DNA of 59,658 nt from a virus (Duplodnaviria > Caudoviricetes): positions 1-59,658 of the IMG/VR virus record IMGVR_UViG_3300033067_000068, one strand, 5' to 3'. Both the position numbers and the translations under genes were made by a program. Below the pieces are notes generated by a model that did not search any database, was not told the origin of the DNA, and worked only from the letters and a program-made list of their open reading frames with translations. Of this stretch, positions 26,055-34,924 are shown in pieces (the stretch's first letter is position 1; each line of letters begins with the position of its first letter).

Positions 26055-27059
26055 ATGCGATTCAGCAACATCAAAACATCCGTGCTCTCCCAGTTCCAAG
26101 TCGATGGCGGTAACGCTGTCGTGCCGTTCATCCTCGGCGCTCCCGGTGGTGGTAAGTCGGCCTGTGCCCGTGAGATCATCAACGCACTCGATATCCCCGA
26201 GTCCAACGTGGTCGAGTTCACTGCGTCCCTGCGTGACCCTGTTGACGTGCTTGGCGTACCTGACAACACAGGCGAGTACACACGCTGGGTGCCACCGCAA
26301 GAGTTCTACAACCTGCGCCAAGGTGTCGGTCGGTCAGCACTCATTCTGGAGGAACTGTCGGACGCGCCTGTGCCCATGCAGAACGCGCTGTGCGGTGTGA
26401 TCTACGACCGTCGTGCTGGCAACCTCAAGCTGTCCGATCAGTTGTTCATCATCGCAACTGGCAACCGTACCGAAGACAAGTCTGGTGCCAACCGCATCAC
26501 ATCCAAGCTGGCCAACCGCACACGCCGCTTCGACTTCCAAGAGAACATCGACGACTGGACCGAGTGGGCGCTCGACAACGACATTGACCCTGTGCTGATT
26601 CAGTTCCTGCGCTTCCGTCCCGGCCTGTTGTCTGACTTCGATGCCAACCGCTTCGCCAACCCTACACCTCGTGCGTGGGAGCGTGTCAACCTCATCCCCA
26701 GTACGCTCGACTCTGGCCTGTTCTTCGACAACTGCGCTGGTGAGGTCGGTGAGGGTGCCGCCGCTGAGTTCACTGGCTTCAAGCGTATCTACGAGAACCT
26801 GCCTGACGTTGACTCTATCCTGCTCGACCCAGCTGGTGCCGATGTGCCCCAAGACCCTGCAACGCTGTATGCCCTGACTGGTGCGCTGGCCCGCAAGTCC
26901 ACCAAGGACAACTTCGACAGGGTAAGCCGCTATTTGAGCCGACTCTCACCGGAGTTCAACGTCATGGCTACCAAGGATGCGATCAAGCTTCAGCCGACCA
27001 TCAAACACAGTCGATCTTTCGTGGAGTGGGCGTCTAAGCATGCTGAGGTGTTGATGTAA
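26055..27059 (+). CDS. MoxR/dynein-related AAA+ ATPase
   Basis: Walker A GAPGGGKS, Walker B LILEEL, ATGNRTED, LANR, PTPRAWE. Confidence 0.88.
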   Translation: MRFSNIKTSVLSQFQVDGGNAVVPFILGAPGGGKSACAREIINALDIPESNVVEFTASLRDPVDVLGVPDNTGEYTRWVPPQEFYNLRQGVGRSALILEELSDAPVPMQNALCGVIYDRRAGNLKLSDQLFIIATGNRTEDKSGANRITSKLANRTRRFDFQENIDDWTEWALDNDIDPVLIQFLRFRPGLLSDFDANRFANPTPRAWERVNLIPSTLDSGLFFDNCAGEVGEGAAAEFTGFKRIYENLPDVDSILLDPAGADVPQDPATLYALTGALARKSTKDNFDRVSRYLSRLSPEFNVMATKDAIKLQPTIKHSRSFVEWASKHAEVLM

Positions 27060-27061
27060 CC

Positions 27062-27367
27062 ATGTCACGGGCATACACAAACTACCGTTGGGAGCCGGTC
27101 AATGTCCGCAAGGGTGATCGGTTTCACTACAAGCGCGACGTTGTGTACTCAGACATGCCGTGGCGAACGGCTGAACCCCAAGTCATCGCCACGGTTACAT
27201 ACGACGACAAGTACACGTCACCCTACTGGGGCAAGTGGCATATCAACTTCGGTGCCCAGTCACCGGGGTTGTACGCACTGCGTACGCAGGATATACCCAC
27301 GTTAAGTAGGAAAGACGACGCCATTGCATGGGCTACGGCCATGATACGACTGGAGGGTGCGATATGA
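27062..27367 (+). CDS. small early protein, paralog family A
   Basis: NYRWEP...TLSRKDDAIAWATAMIRLEGAI. Confidence 0.7.
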   Translation: MSRAYTNYRWEPVNVRKGDRFHYKRDVVYSDMPWRTAEPQVIATVTYDDKYTSPYWGKWHINFGAQSPGLYALRTQDIPTLSRKDDAIAWATAMIRLEGAI

Positions 27368-27639
27368 AGATCAAGGGACTTACATGGACGACACACGACG
27401 ATGGCGAGACATGGCTACTTACAGCAATCGTTGCCAGTTCAGACAAGCTGTGGGGGCGACGATTGCTGTTCGAGGTCACGTACTTAGGGCGCACGCAAGT
27501 CGCCTTCGGTGGTGGCCGCGAACGCTGGAAGGTGTACGACCGCCGCTACTGGATTGACGACCCAGAAGACATACCCGAGTTCGCCCATTCCTACGAAGCC
27601 AAAGCTTGGGTTGATTCTGTTGTGAGGCTAGAGATATGA
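27364..27639 (+). CDS. small early protein, paralog family A
   Basis: GLTWTT...EFAHSYEAKAWVDSVVRLEI. Confidence 0.7.
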   Translation: MKIKGLTWTTHDDGETWLLTAIVASSDKLWGRRLLFEVTYLGRTQVAFGGGRERWKVYDRRYWIDDPEDIPEFAHSYEAKAWVDSVVRLEI

Positions 27640-27836
27640 ACTCAGTTTTCAACGCCCACCTAGATTACAAGGTCAGGCAGCAGGTCAAGCGAGGTAAGAA
27701 AACAGGCCGATGGTACGTGCAGTTCTATCGACTTGCACCGCACTATGGGTTCTGGAAGGTAGGTGGAGCCAAAGGTGATTTCCAATCCCGCGAAGAAGCC
27801 GTTGCTCGGGTTAACGCTCTGAGGGTCATGTCATGA
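27636..27836 (+). CDS. small early protein, paralog family A-like
   Basis: GRWYVQFY...DFQSREEAVARVNALRVMS. Confidence 0.65.
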   Translation: MNSVFNAHLDYKVRQQVKRGKKTGRWYVQFYRLAPHYGFWKVGGAKGDFQSREEAVARVNALRVMS

Positions 27837-28117
27837 GTCTAGTATGGGAAGAGGACTACTTCTATACCAGTACGCAGACAACAGACCGGGCGGTTAGCTG
27901 GCATCTCAAAAGGATGGTACCTGCAAAAGACCCCATGGCTATGGCACCGTATAACATCATGACTGGGCCTTACTCAATAAGCCTCGCATGGGTACACCAG
28001 AGGGGCGAGCGTAAGTACCACGTGAGTTTCGTCAACAACTTTGACAGCGGCAAGACCTTCAGGTCTCTGAAAGCAGCCAAGGCGTATGCCTTGGCAATCG
28101 TTACATTGGAGCAATAA
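27833..28117 (+). CDS. small early protein, paralog family A
   Basis: MSLVWEE...TFRSLKAAKAYALAIVTLEQ. Confidence 0.7.
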   Translation: MSLVWEEDYFYTSTQTTDRAVSWHLKRMVPAKDPMAMAPYNIMTGPYSISLAWVHQRGERKYHVSFVNNFDSGKTFRSLKAAKAYALAIVTLEQ

Positions 28118-28118
28118 C

Positions 28119-28640
28119 ATGACAACAAGAAAGAAAGCAGTAGCAATGACTGAGGAGCCAACTGAGCTTCGCAAAGCTACGGTCAAAGAGATCGCAGACA
28201 AGCTAAAGGATGCGTTCACCGTAGTAGCCACAGAACGGGCAGATCGTACTGAGGCAGAGGCAGTTGTTGGAGAAATCATCCGTGACCTTGAGGTACAGAA
28301 GCGCGAAGTCACCATGAAACTGCTAGGCCTCGACAATCGTTGGGGTAAGTGGGAAGTCGACCACTGCAATGGGCGAACGTCTCCAGTCACGGAGTACCTT
28401 GCAAGTGAAGGGCGTGATTTGATTAAGGCTTGGGTTAACGAAGCGGTCAAAGAAGTCTTCACCACTACATACAAAGACAAGTTCATGAAAGATTGCAAAT
28501 CTGCCCTCTTGAGAGACCTCAAAGACATTAGCGGCTACAAAACTCGCGAGTACATAGAATCCTCGGTATCGAGAATCCGCATGGCGCTGATGGAAGACGC
28601 AGCCAAAGAACTTCGTGCGGAACTTGGTTTACTTGATTAA
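28119..28640 (+). CDS. hypothetical protein
   Basis: GGAG RBS; LLGLDNRWGKWEVDHCNGRTSP motif. Confidence 0.75.
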   Translation: MTTRKKAVAMTEEPTELRKATVKEIADKLKDAFTVVATERADRTEAEAVVGEIIRDLEVQKREVTMKLLGLDNRWGKWEVDHCNGRTSPVTEYLASEGRDLIKAWVNEAVKEVFTTTYKDKFMKDCKSALLRDLKDISGYKTREYIESSVSRIRMALMEDAAKELRAELGLLD

Positions 28641-28651
28641 GGAGCAACAAC

Positions 28652-29524
28652 ATGACACACACCAAACTTTCCGACAAGGCAGTTCTCGTCAAGCTGACAC
28701 TTCGTCGTGCAGCACTCACCAAGCGGGACCATGGACTTACAGCAACCTTACAACAGCAGGAGAACGATACCAGCCTGACTGTATTGACCAAGCTGTTCAA
28801 GAACAAGGACTCAGCGATCAACCAGATCATGGCCAAGTACGGCGAGGTCTACGCCTACCACAAGAAGCACACGCTGCCTTACGTTGACGCTGGACCACGC
28901 ATCCTGCCAAACGATATGTACATGGAGTACACGCAGGAGATGAAGCACCGCATCGCAGAGGTTGACAAACTGCTCGACACTTACATGCCAATGTATGACC
29001 AGCTAGTGGCTGATGACGTCATGTACCGCAACTCCGGCCATGCAGCCGGTCGTGCCAACGCATCCGAGTACCCCACTGCCGAGCAGTTCCGACTGTCCAT
29101 GTCCGCCGAGCTCAGGTTCCAGCCTATGGCTGATGCCACCCACTTTTTGTTCGACCTATCAGAAGATGACTTGGCCTCGTTCAAACGTGCAGAGGAAGAA
29201 GCCGCAGCCGCAGTCAACGCTGACACCATCCAGCGCATGCTCAAGCCCATCGCCTCGCTTGTGACCAAACTCGCTGAGTACCAAGGTGCCAAGGGTGAGC
29301 GCTTCCACAACAGCCTGATCGACAACGTGATCGAGGGATGCAAGCTGGCACGCAAGCTGGCAATCAACCCAACGCAAGCACTACTCGACGAGATCACTGC
29401 ACTGGAAGAAGCCGCACAGGGTTACTTGGCAGACGTTGAGATGATTAAGGGTTCAGCCAACAAGCGAGTCGAAGCCAAGCGCAAGCTGGAAGAAGTCGCC
29501 GCACGAATGGGAGCATTTGGATGA
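28652..29524 (+). CDS. DUF3150-like helical protein linked to AAA/vWA module
   Basis: AVLVKL...TKLF...HTLPY.D.GPRILP...EYPT motif; AAGGAG RBS. Confidence 0.65.
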   Translation: MTHTKLSDKAVLVKLTLRRAALTKRDHGLTATLQQQENDTSLTVLTKLFKNKDSAINQIMAKYGEVYAYHKKHTLPYVDAGPRILPNDMYMEYTQEMKHRIAEVDKLLDTYMPMYDQLVADDVMYRNSGHAAGRANASEYPTAEQFRLSMSAELRFQPMADATHFLFDLSEDDLASFKRAEEEAAAAVNADTIQRMLKPIASLVTKLAEYQGAKGERFHNSLIDNVIEGCKLARKLAINPTQALLDEITALEEAAQGYLADVEMIKGSANKRVEAKRKLEEVAARMGAFG

Positions 29525-29718
29525 ACTTCTCTGACCTTGAGTACGTGCTCATGATCGCTGTGGCTGTACTGCTGTGGCGTAACTCCGTGCTGCGCAATGC
29601 AGCTGCGCAGGAAGAACGACGGGCTAACAAGTACGCCAACTGGTTGATTGGCGTGTATGAAAAGAAAGGAAAGATCGTGCAGAAAGATGACAGCTACTAC
29701 TTCGAGGAGAGTAAATGA
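29521..29718 (+). CDS. small N-terminally anchored membrane protein
   Basis: YVLMIAVAVLLW hydrophobic segment. Confidence 0.65.
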   Translation: MNFSDLEYVLMIAVAVLLWRNSVLRNAAAQEERRANKYANWLIGVYEKKGKIVQKDDSYYFEESK

Positions 29719-30254
29719 AAGACATGAACAACAACGAACGTGGGCGTATCACCGGTATGCCCGGTACAGAGACAACAGTTACGCTGTATCCACAACGCCT
29801 GACTGCAAGGATGCGTAACAGCATCATCCGTATGATCGAGGCTAGGGCTATCACTGGCGGCTGGTCGTCGCAGGCACGCAGGCTGGCTGAGAACATAGCC
29901 GAGAAGTTCAACATTCAGTGCAGCGTAGTCAACGGATACCGAGGCATGCGTATCGTAGGCTTGTCAGAGGCAGCTGCCACGCACATCGCAGAGGTTGTGC
30001 AGGCTGACTGGACCGCGTGGTTACTTGAGAATCCCGCATACGGCAAAGGCTGGTACCGCGACCGACATGACAGCACTATGCGCAGCATCAGCAACCTCGA
30101 CGACAACTTCTACTGCAACCTCCAAGACAAGGAGTCAACTCGTAAGGTTGTAGAAATCTTGGCCGAGCATACTACACAGGAGATGAAAGACAAATCCAAG
30201 CATGTAGCAGACCTACTCAGAGGCACTGAGCCAATCAACATCGTTACTTTCTAA
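29715..30254 (+). CDS. hypothetical protein
   Basis: 179-aa ORF, GAGGAG RBS, ATGA overlap. Confidence 0.75.
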   Translation: MKDMNNNERGRITGMPGTETTVTLYPQRLTARMRNSIIRMIEARAITGGWSSQARRLAENIAEKFNIQCSVVNGYRGMRIVGLSEAAATHIAEVVQADWTAWLLENPAYGKGWYRDRHDSTMRSISNLDDNFYCNLQDKESTRKVVEILAEHTTQEMKDKSKHVADLLRGTEPINIVTF

Positions 30255-30264
30255 GGAGCACATC

Positions 30265-31371
30265 ATGGCAGTTACCAAACTCGACCGCGCCAAAGTTGCC
30301 GTAGTCACACAGCATCCGTTCTTTGCATCCATCTTGATGAAGCGCAAGCTCATCCCCGACAACACCATCCCTACTGCGGCTGTTGACCAGCGCGGTCAGA
30401 TTTACTACAACGAGCAGTTCGTCGAGAAGCTGTCTGTTGACGAGCTTGTGTTCCTGCTGTGCCATGAGGTCGGCCACGTTATCGGTCAGCATGCTGCCCG
30501 TGTCGGCTCACGCAACCGCAAGAAGTGGAACATCGCTGGCGACGCATGGATTAACGACATGCTCAAGGACGCAGGCATCGGCTCCATGATCGAGGGTGGT
30601 GTCAACATGCCCGGCTCCAAGGACGAGACCGTTGACGAGATTTACAACAAGCTGCCCGACAACCCCAACGGTGGTGGCCCCGGTGGTACTGGTGATGACC
30701 TGATCGAGCGCGGCTCTCCCATGACACCCGAGGAAGCTGATCGCATCGACGCCGAGACTCGTGTGGAGATTGCCCAAGCAGCCCAAGCAGCCAAGGCTCA
30801 GGGCAAGATGCCCGGTGCTCTGGCCAAGATCGTAGCTGACCTCATCGACAGCCACACCCCATGGCACGATATTCTTGAGCGCTACATGACAGCGTTCACC
30901 CGTGGTGACTACACATGGGCACGACCCAACCGTCGCTTCGCCAACGCATACCTGCCATCGACCGGCAAGTCCCCTGAGATGGGTGAGATCGTCATCCAAG
31001 TCGACGTGTCTGGCTCTATCAGCAAGGTCGAACTCGACCACTACAACGGCCACTTACAGCGCATCGTGTCGATGTGCAATCCAACTCGCACCCACGTCTT
31101 GTATGTAGACACTGCGGTGGCTAAGCACGATGTGTTCGAGCAGGGCGAGGAGGTGGCTCTGACGTTCTACTGCGGCGGCGGCACTGATATGGAAGAGGGC
31201 TTCAACTACATCGACAAGGAAGGCATCAAGCCAGAAGTCTTTGTCTGCCTGACAGACGGCTACACCGACTTCAATACGGCCAACGCCCCGGACTATCCCG
31301 TGGTCTGGTGTATCTCTAGTGACATTGAGGCTCCATACGGCGACAATATCCACTTTACCTTGGAGTACTGA
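30265..31371 (+). CDS. metallopeptidase-like + vWA domain protein (DUF2201-like)
   Basis: HEVGH zincin motif, WNIAGD, MIDAS DVSGS, GGGTD, LTDGY. Confidence 0.88.
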   Translation: MAVTKLDRAKVAVVTQHPFFASILMKRKLIPDNTIPTAAVDQRGQIYYNEQFVEKLSVDELVFLLCHEVGHVIGQHAARVGSRNRKKWNIAGDAWINDMLKDAGIGSMIEGGVNMPGSKDETVDEIYNKLPDNPNGGGPGGTGDDLIERGSPMTPEEADRIDAETRVEIAQAAQAAKAQGKMPGALAKIVADLIDSHTPWHDILERYMTAFTRGDYTWARPNRRFANAYLPSTGKSPEMGEIVIQVDVSGSISKVELDHYNGHLQRIVSMCNPTRTHVLYVDTAVAKHDVFEQGEEVALTFYCGGGTDMEEGFNYIDKEGIKPEVFVCLTDGYTDFNTANAPDYPVVWCISSDIEAPYGDNIHFTLEY

Positions 31372-31372
31372 A

Positions 31373-31537
31373 ATGGCTATGAACATCGACGAAGCAATTG
31401 ACAAACTGACTGAGCAATACGACGACGTGCTACGTGCATGCTACGACGCACTTGCTGCAGACGTACCACAGGCAACCCGTGATGCACTCCGACAGTCTAT
31501 CGCTGACCACCTCGAATCACCCGATACAGAAGAGTGA
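31373..31537 (+). CDS. small acidic protein
   Basis: GGAG RBS; MAMNIDEAIDKLTEQYDD... Confidence 0.6.
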   Translation: MAMNIDEAIDKLTEQYDDVLRACYDALAADVPQATRDALRQSIADHLESPDTEE

Positions 31538-31571
31538 ACGTATCCGCATAGAGCGGAGCAACACCGTTGGC

Positions 31572-31724
31572 GTGCAGGTAGTGCGCAACCAGCAAGGCTG
31601 GCACGTCAACGTCTCAATCAACAAGGTGCCCCATACACACTATGGGCCCTTCCAAGAACCAATAACGCTCACAGAAGCAATGGTCTACGTCTCAACACTA
31701 ATCAAACTCGAAGAAGGAATTTGA
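31572..31724 (+). CDS. small protein, family A-like C-terminus (start uncertain)
   Basis: GWHVNVS...ITLTEAMVYVSTLIKLEEGI; frame open from 31434. Confidence 0.45.
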   Translation: MQVVRNQQGWHVNVSINKVPHTHYGPFQEPITLTEAMVYVSTLIKLEEGI

Positions 31725-31725
31725 C

Positions 31726-32397
31726 ATGGCAACCGTATACATCACCAAAGAACTTATCACTCGTGTGCAGTCAGTCATCGAAAAGATGCGCATGGCCGAG
31801 CGAGCCAGCGACTTACCCAACATCGACAAGAACTGCAGCGTTGACGCTAGCCAGCTGTACAACATCGGATGCTGGGGTGCTGAGCACGTACACCTCAAAG
31901 ACATTATCCCAAAGAACTGGATGCAGGAAATAACAGAAGCAAATGTGTCTGTACGTGGCACACTGGAAGACGGCAGCGAAATCAAGACTAGCATTCGGTT
32001 TACTGGCATGACTATGGCGTACCAGCGACCAGCGACAGACTACTGGAACAGATCGACCTCCGAGTTGACGCTTGACCAGCTGCGTGCCTTGCCAGAAGAT
32101 ATGCCCGGTCGCGCCGAGTTACTCCAGCGATGGGACGATGCTGTACTGGAGTTCGCACTCATCGCACGATGGAAGAAAGTCAGCGACGATATCTCTAATT
32201 TCCTCAAGAAGTGTAAGTCACTTAACGAAGCAGTCAAGTTGTTCCCCGGCGTGCGTATGTATATCGACCGGGTAGACGTTGAGCGCCTTGACCGTAAGAT
32301 CGAGCGCCAGTCACAGCGCAAGCAGATCGTTGAGAGCGTTGACACTGAGGGACTTACAGCAGCGGCCATTGCAGCTAAGCTCGCTCAGGCATCATGA
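31726..32397 (+). CDS. Nmad5-like protein
   Basis: MATVYIT...FLKKCKSLNEAVKLFP motif resembling nucleotide-modification-associated domain 5. Confidence 0.5.
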   Translation: MATVYITKELITRVQSVIEKMRMAERASDLPNIDKNCSVDASQLYNIGCWGAEHVHLKDIIPKNWMQEITEANVSVRGTLEDGSEIKTSIRFTGMTMAYQRPATDYWNRSTSELTLDQLRALPEDMPGRAELLQRWDDAVLEFALIARWKKVSDDISNFLKKCKSLNEAVKLFPGVRMYIDRVDVERLDRKIERQSQRKQIVESVDTEGLTAAAIAAKLAQAS

Positions 32398-32642
32398 ACA
32401 ACCACCAGCTAGAAGCCAGAGCTGCCAAGGCTAAAGTTGACAGTCTGAACAAGCACATCGAGGTCTTGCAAGAGCACATCGCCAACCTGCAAAAGACAGT
32501 CCGAGCGACCAATGAGCTTGTAGATAGTCTGCGCGGTGCCAAGCAGCAGCTTGAGCTGTTCGTGGCTTTCGCCAACAAGTACTACCCCGGCAGCATCGAG
32601 CAGTTCAAAGCAATCAAAGCACTTGAAGGGAGAGTGGAATGA
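32394..32642 (+). CDS. coiled-coil protein, paralog pair B
   Basis: Heptad repeats; ends FVAFANKYYPGSIEQFKAIKALEG. Confidence 0.7.
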   Translation: MNNHQLEARAAKAKVDSLNKHIEVLQEHIANLQKTVRATNELVDSLRGAKQQLELFVAFANKYYPGSIEQFKAIKALEGRVE

Positions 32643-32863
32643 GCCTATCAGCCCAGATATCAGAGATGGAAGATGAGCTACAACATTACCAGAGTGAGAA
32701 CGGTGAACTACGTTCTGAAATAAACAAGCTTGAAGATCGGATTGAAGGCCTTGAGTATGACTGTGAGTACATGGGCAAGTTCATCCAGTACATCGACAAG
32801 ACCAACCCCGAGCTGCGCGTGGCGTACGAAGCGGCGCAAAAACTTGAAGGAGAGAGGACATGA
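32639..32863 (+). CDS. acidic coiled-coil protein, paralog pair B
   Basis: Heptad repeats; ends FIQYIDKTNPELRVAYEAAQKLEG. Confidence 0.7.
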   Translation: MSLSAQISEMEDELQHYQSENGELRSEINKLEDRIEGLEYDCEYMGKFIQYIDKTNPELRVAYEAAQKLEGERT

Positions 32864-33051
32864 CAGACAAGATCACATACCCATCCATTCCTGTCGGCCA
32901 CCCCGACTACAAGTGGACCTCTGGCGCTGATGTGCAAGCCACATGGCGACGCTTCGGCTGGACACCACCGTTCGGCAACAAGTACGAACCCATCCCACCC
33001 AAGGAGCCAGAAGTCGTGCAAGCTACACGTAAGTACTGGAGAGTCAAATGA
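32860..33051 (+). CDS. small hypothetical protein
   Basis: YKWTSGADVQATWRRFGWTPP motif; overlap-coupled. Confidence 0.7.
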   Translation: MTDKITYPSIPVGHPDYKWTSGADVQATWRRFGWTPPFGNKYEPIPPKEPEVVQATRKYWRVK

Positions 33052-33137
33052 CGTGGCCGTTCCCATCACAGCCACTACCCAACAAACCCGGAGAGCCTAA
33101 GTTCAACCCGGACAACTACGAGGACGCACCGTTATGA
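33048..33137 (+). CDS. 29-aa Pro-rich peptide
   Basis: MTWPFPSQPLPNKPGEPKFNPDNYEDAPL; ATGA overlaps at both ends. Confidence 0.65.
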   Translation: MTWPFPSQPLPNKPGEPKFNPDNYEDAPL

Positions 33138-33778
33138 CACCCCTCGAAAGATTCAACAACCTGCCAGCAAGAGTACGCGACGAGATACTGGACAAGCATC
33201 GCAACTGGAACGTAGAACACCTTGACTGGTGGGATGGTGTGTACGAACAGTTCGGCGAAGACATGGAGAAGCTCGGTATCGAGGTAGACAAGATGTACTT
33301 CAGCGGCTTCTGGTCGCAGGGTGACGGTGCATGCTTCGAGGGACGTGTGCGCGAGTGGCCTCTGTTCTTGGAGTCGCTTGGGTATACGGAAGCAGCACTC
33401 ATAGATCATGCAGATGCGCAGTTTCAACTGTATGTCCACCACAGCGGGCACTACTACCACGAGAACTGCACCATGTTCGAGACAGACCTGCCACTACCTG
33501 AGCATGACGAAGACCAAGACTTCATTGACGGCTACTGCCCACACGAACCAGAGTCACTGCATGAAGCTGCGTGGATGGCTCTCATCAATGGCTACAGCCA
33601 CGACTCTCTGGAGCAAGAGTTTATCGAAGCGTTCAAGAACCACATGCGCGAGCTTTACAACAGATTGGAGGCCGAGTACGACCATCTCACATCTGACGAA
33701 TCTGTACTGGAATCCCTTGACACCAACGACATGTTGGAAGACTTAATCAACGATCACATGGAGTGCGAAGATGCCTGA
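33134..33778 (+). CDS. highly acidic conserved phage protein
   Basis: YFSGFWSQGDGACFEG, HYYHEN, LEAEYDHLTSDE motifs. Confidence 0.75.
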   Translation: MTPLERFNNLPARVRDEILDKHRNWNVEHLDWWDGVYEQFGEDMEKLGIEVDKMYFSGFWSQGDGACFEGRVREWPLFLESLGYTEAALIDHADAQFQLYVHHSGHYYHENCTMFETDLPLPEHDEDQDFIDGYCPHEPESLHEAAWMALINGYSHDSLEQEFIEAFKNHMRELYNRLEAEYDHLTSDESVLESLDTNDMLEDLINDHMECEDA

Positions 33779-34262
33779 CTTGAAATCTGAATTGAAGAAA
33801 CTCGAAGCCTTGAAGTTTGACGACGAGGGTACAACACAACCGGAAGTTATCACACAAGAAGCACCTGCACATGAGGGCGTATCCGAGACGATGTTCCGTG
33901 TCATCAAGGACAATCCCGGATGCAACCGAGCAAGGATCATGACATTGGCAGAAAACGCTGGTGTAGCGCGTTCGTCGTCTTCGTCGCTGCTCGGCCAGTT
34001 TGTCAAACGTGGACTGCTACGAACTGAGGAATCTCCAGCAGGTCTCATATACTTTGCTGTGGCTCAGGCGTACAAGCCTGGTTATGTAAAGCAAAAGAAG
34101 AGAACTACCAAGCCATTGCATACGGCAGACGCTACCATCAAACCTGTAGCGGCAATCCAAAAGCAAGATGCTAGCGTGCAAGACCTGCTGGATAGTATGT
34201 CCATCACCACTGCCAGAGCGCTGTATGACGAGCTTCGCAAAATCTTTTGGGGTTCTACGTGA
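33771..34262 (+). CDS. winged-helix-like DNA-binding protein
   Basis: FRVIKDNPG..RA.I...SSSSLLGQFVKRGLL. Confidence 0.6.
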   Translation: MPDLKSELKKLEALKFDDEGTTQPEVITQEAPAHEGVSETMFRVIKDNPGCNRARIMTLAENAGVARSSSSSLLGQFVKRGLLRTEESPAGLIYFAVAQAYKPGYVKQKKRTTKPLHTADATIKPVAAIQKQDASVQDLLDSMSITTARALYDELRKIFWGST

Positions 34263-34447
34263 GTAAGCCACAAAAAGTAACACACCCAAACTCAATGCGC
34301 GAGTCTCAAGAGACGTTGGTGGCTCGAGCCCATAAGCTCAAGACCTGCGAAAAATGCGGCAACGACTCAGAGCCCTTGGGCGGCATAGAGATGCGTGGCA
34401 AGTGGATGTGCCACAAGTGCTGGACCAGATACGCCAACAGAAAGTAA
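34259..34447 (+). CDS. small Zn-ribbon protein
   Basis: CEKC...CHKC; GTGA overlap start. Confidence 0.65.
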   Translation: MSKPQKVTHPNSMRESQETLVARAHKLKTCEKCGNDSEPLGGIEMRGKWMCHKCWTRYANRK

Positions 34448-34450
34448 TCA

Positions 34451-34924
34451 ATGCGCAAGCGTAGTAGTTATAGACCAAAGCATGTCTTGGTAAACCCCGT
34501 TGGCTATGTGCTGGAGAGCTTGTCTCCTGTTGCTAGTCACACAGCGTTCATGTTGGACTTGAAGATCAAGAACCATGCGGCTCTTGAGGACATGACCAAA
34601 GGTCGCGCCACTGTGGCTGAGGTCGATACGCTGATAGCTATGGCCAACATAACTGAGGCGTTTGCTCGGCTCGGGTTTGGGTCTGGTTACAGCGACATAG
34701 TACGCGACGGACTTGATGCGTTGCGGTCTGTTGGTGCTCGTGGTGCACCAACCAGTAGGTTCATCCTAAAGGCCAATGAGATGTACGCCCTCAACCAGTT
34801 GATGGAGTTGCACGACGCTCAGCTTGAAGCTGTCACACTAAAAGACATGGACAAAGCTATTGCCCTCGTTCGAGAAGAACACCGGCTGAAGAAAACTAAC
34901 CGCATACTGGAGAAGAACGCATGA
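34451..34924 (+). CDS. conserved hypothetical phage protein
   Basis: MRKRSSYRPK...LMELHDAQL. Confidence 0.75.
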   Translation: MRKRSSYRPKHVLVNPVGYVLESLSPVASHTAFMLDLKIKNHAALEDMTKGRATVAEVDTLIAMANITEAFARLGFGSGYSDIVRDGLDALRSVGARGAPTSRFILKANEMYALNQLMELHDAQLEAVTLKDMDKAIALVREEHRLKKTNRILEKNA

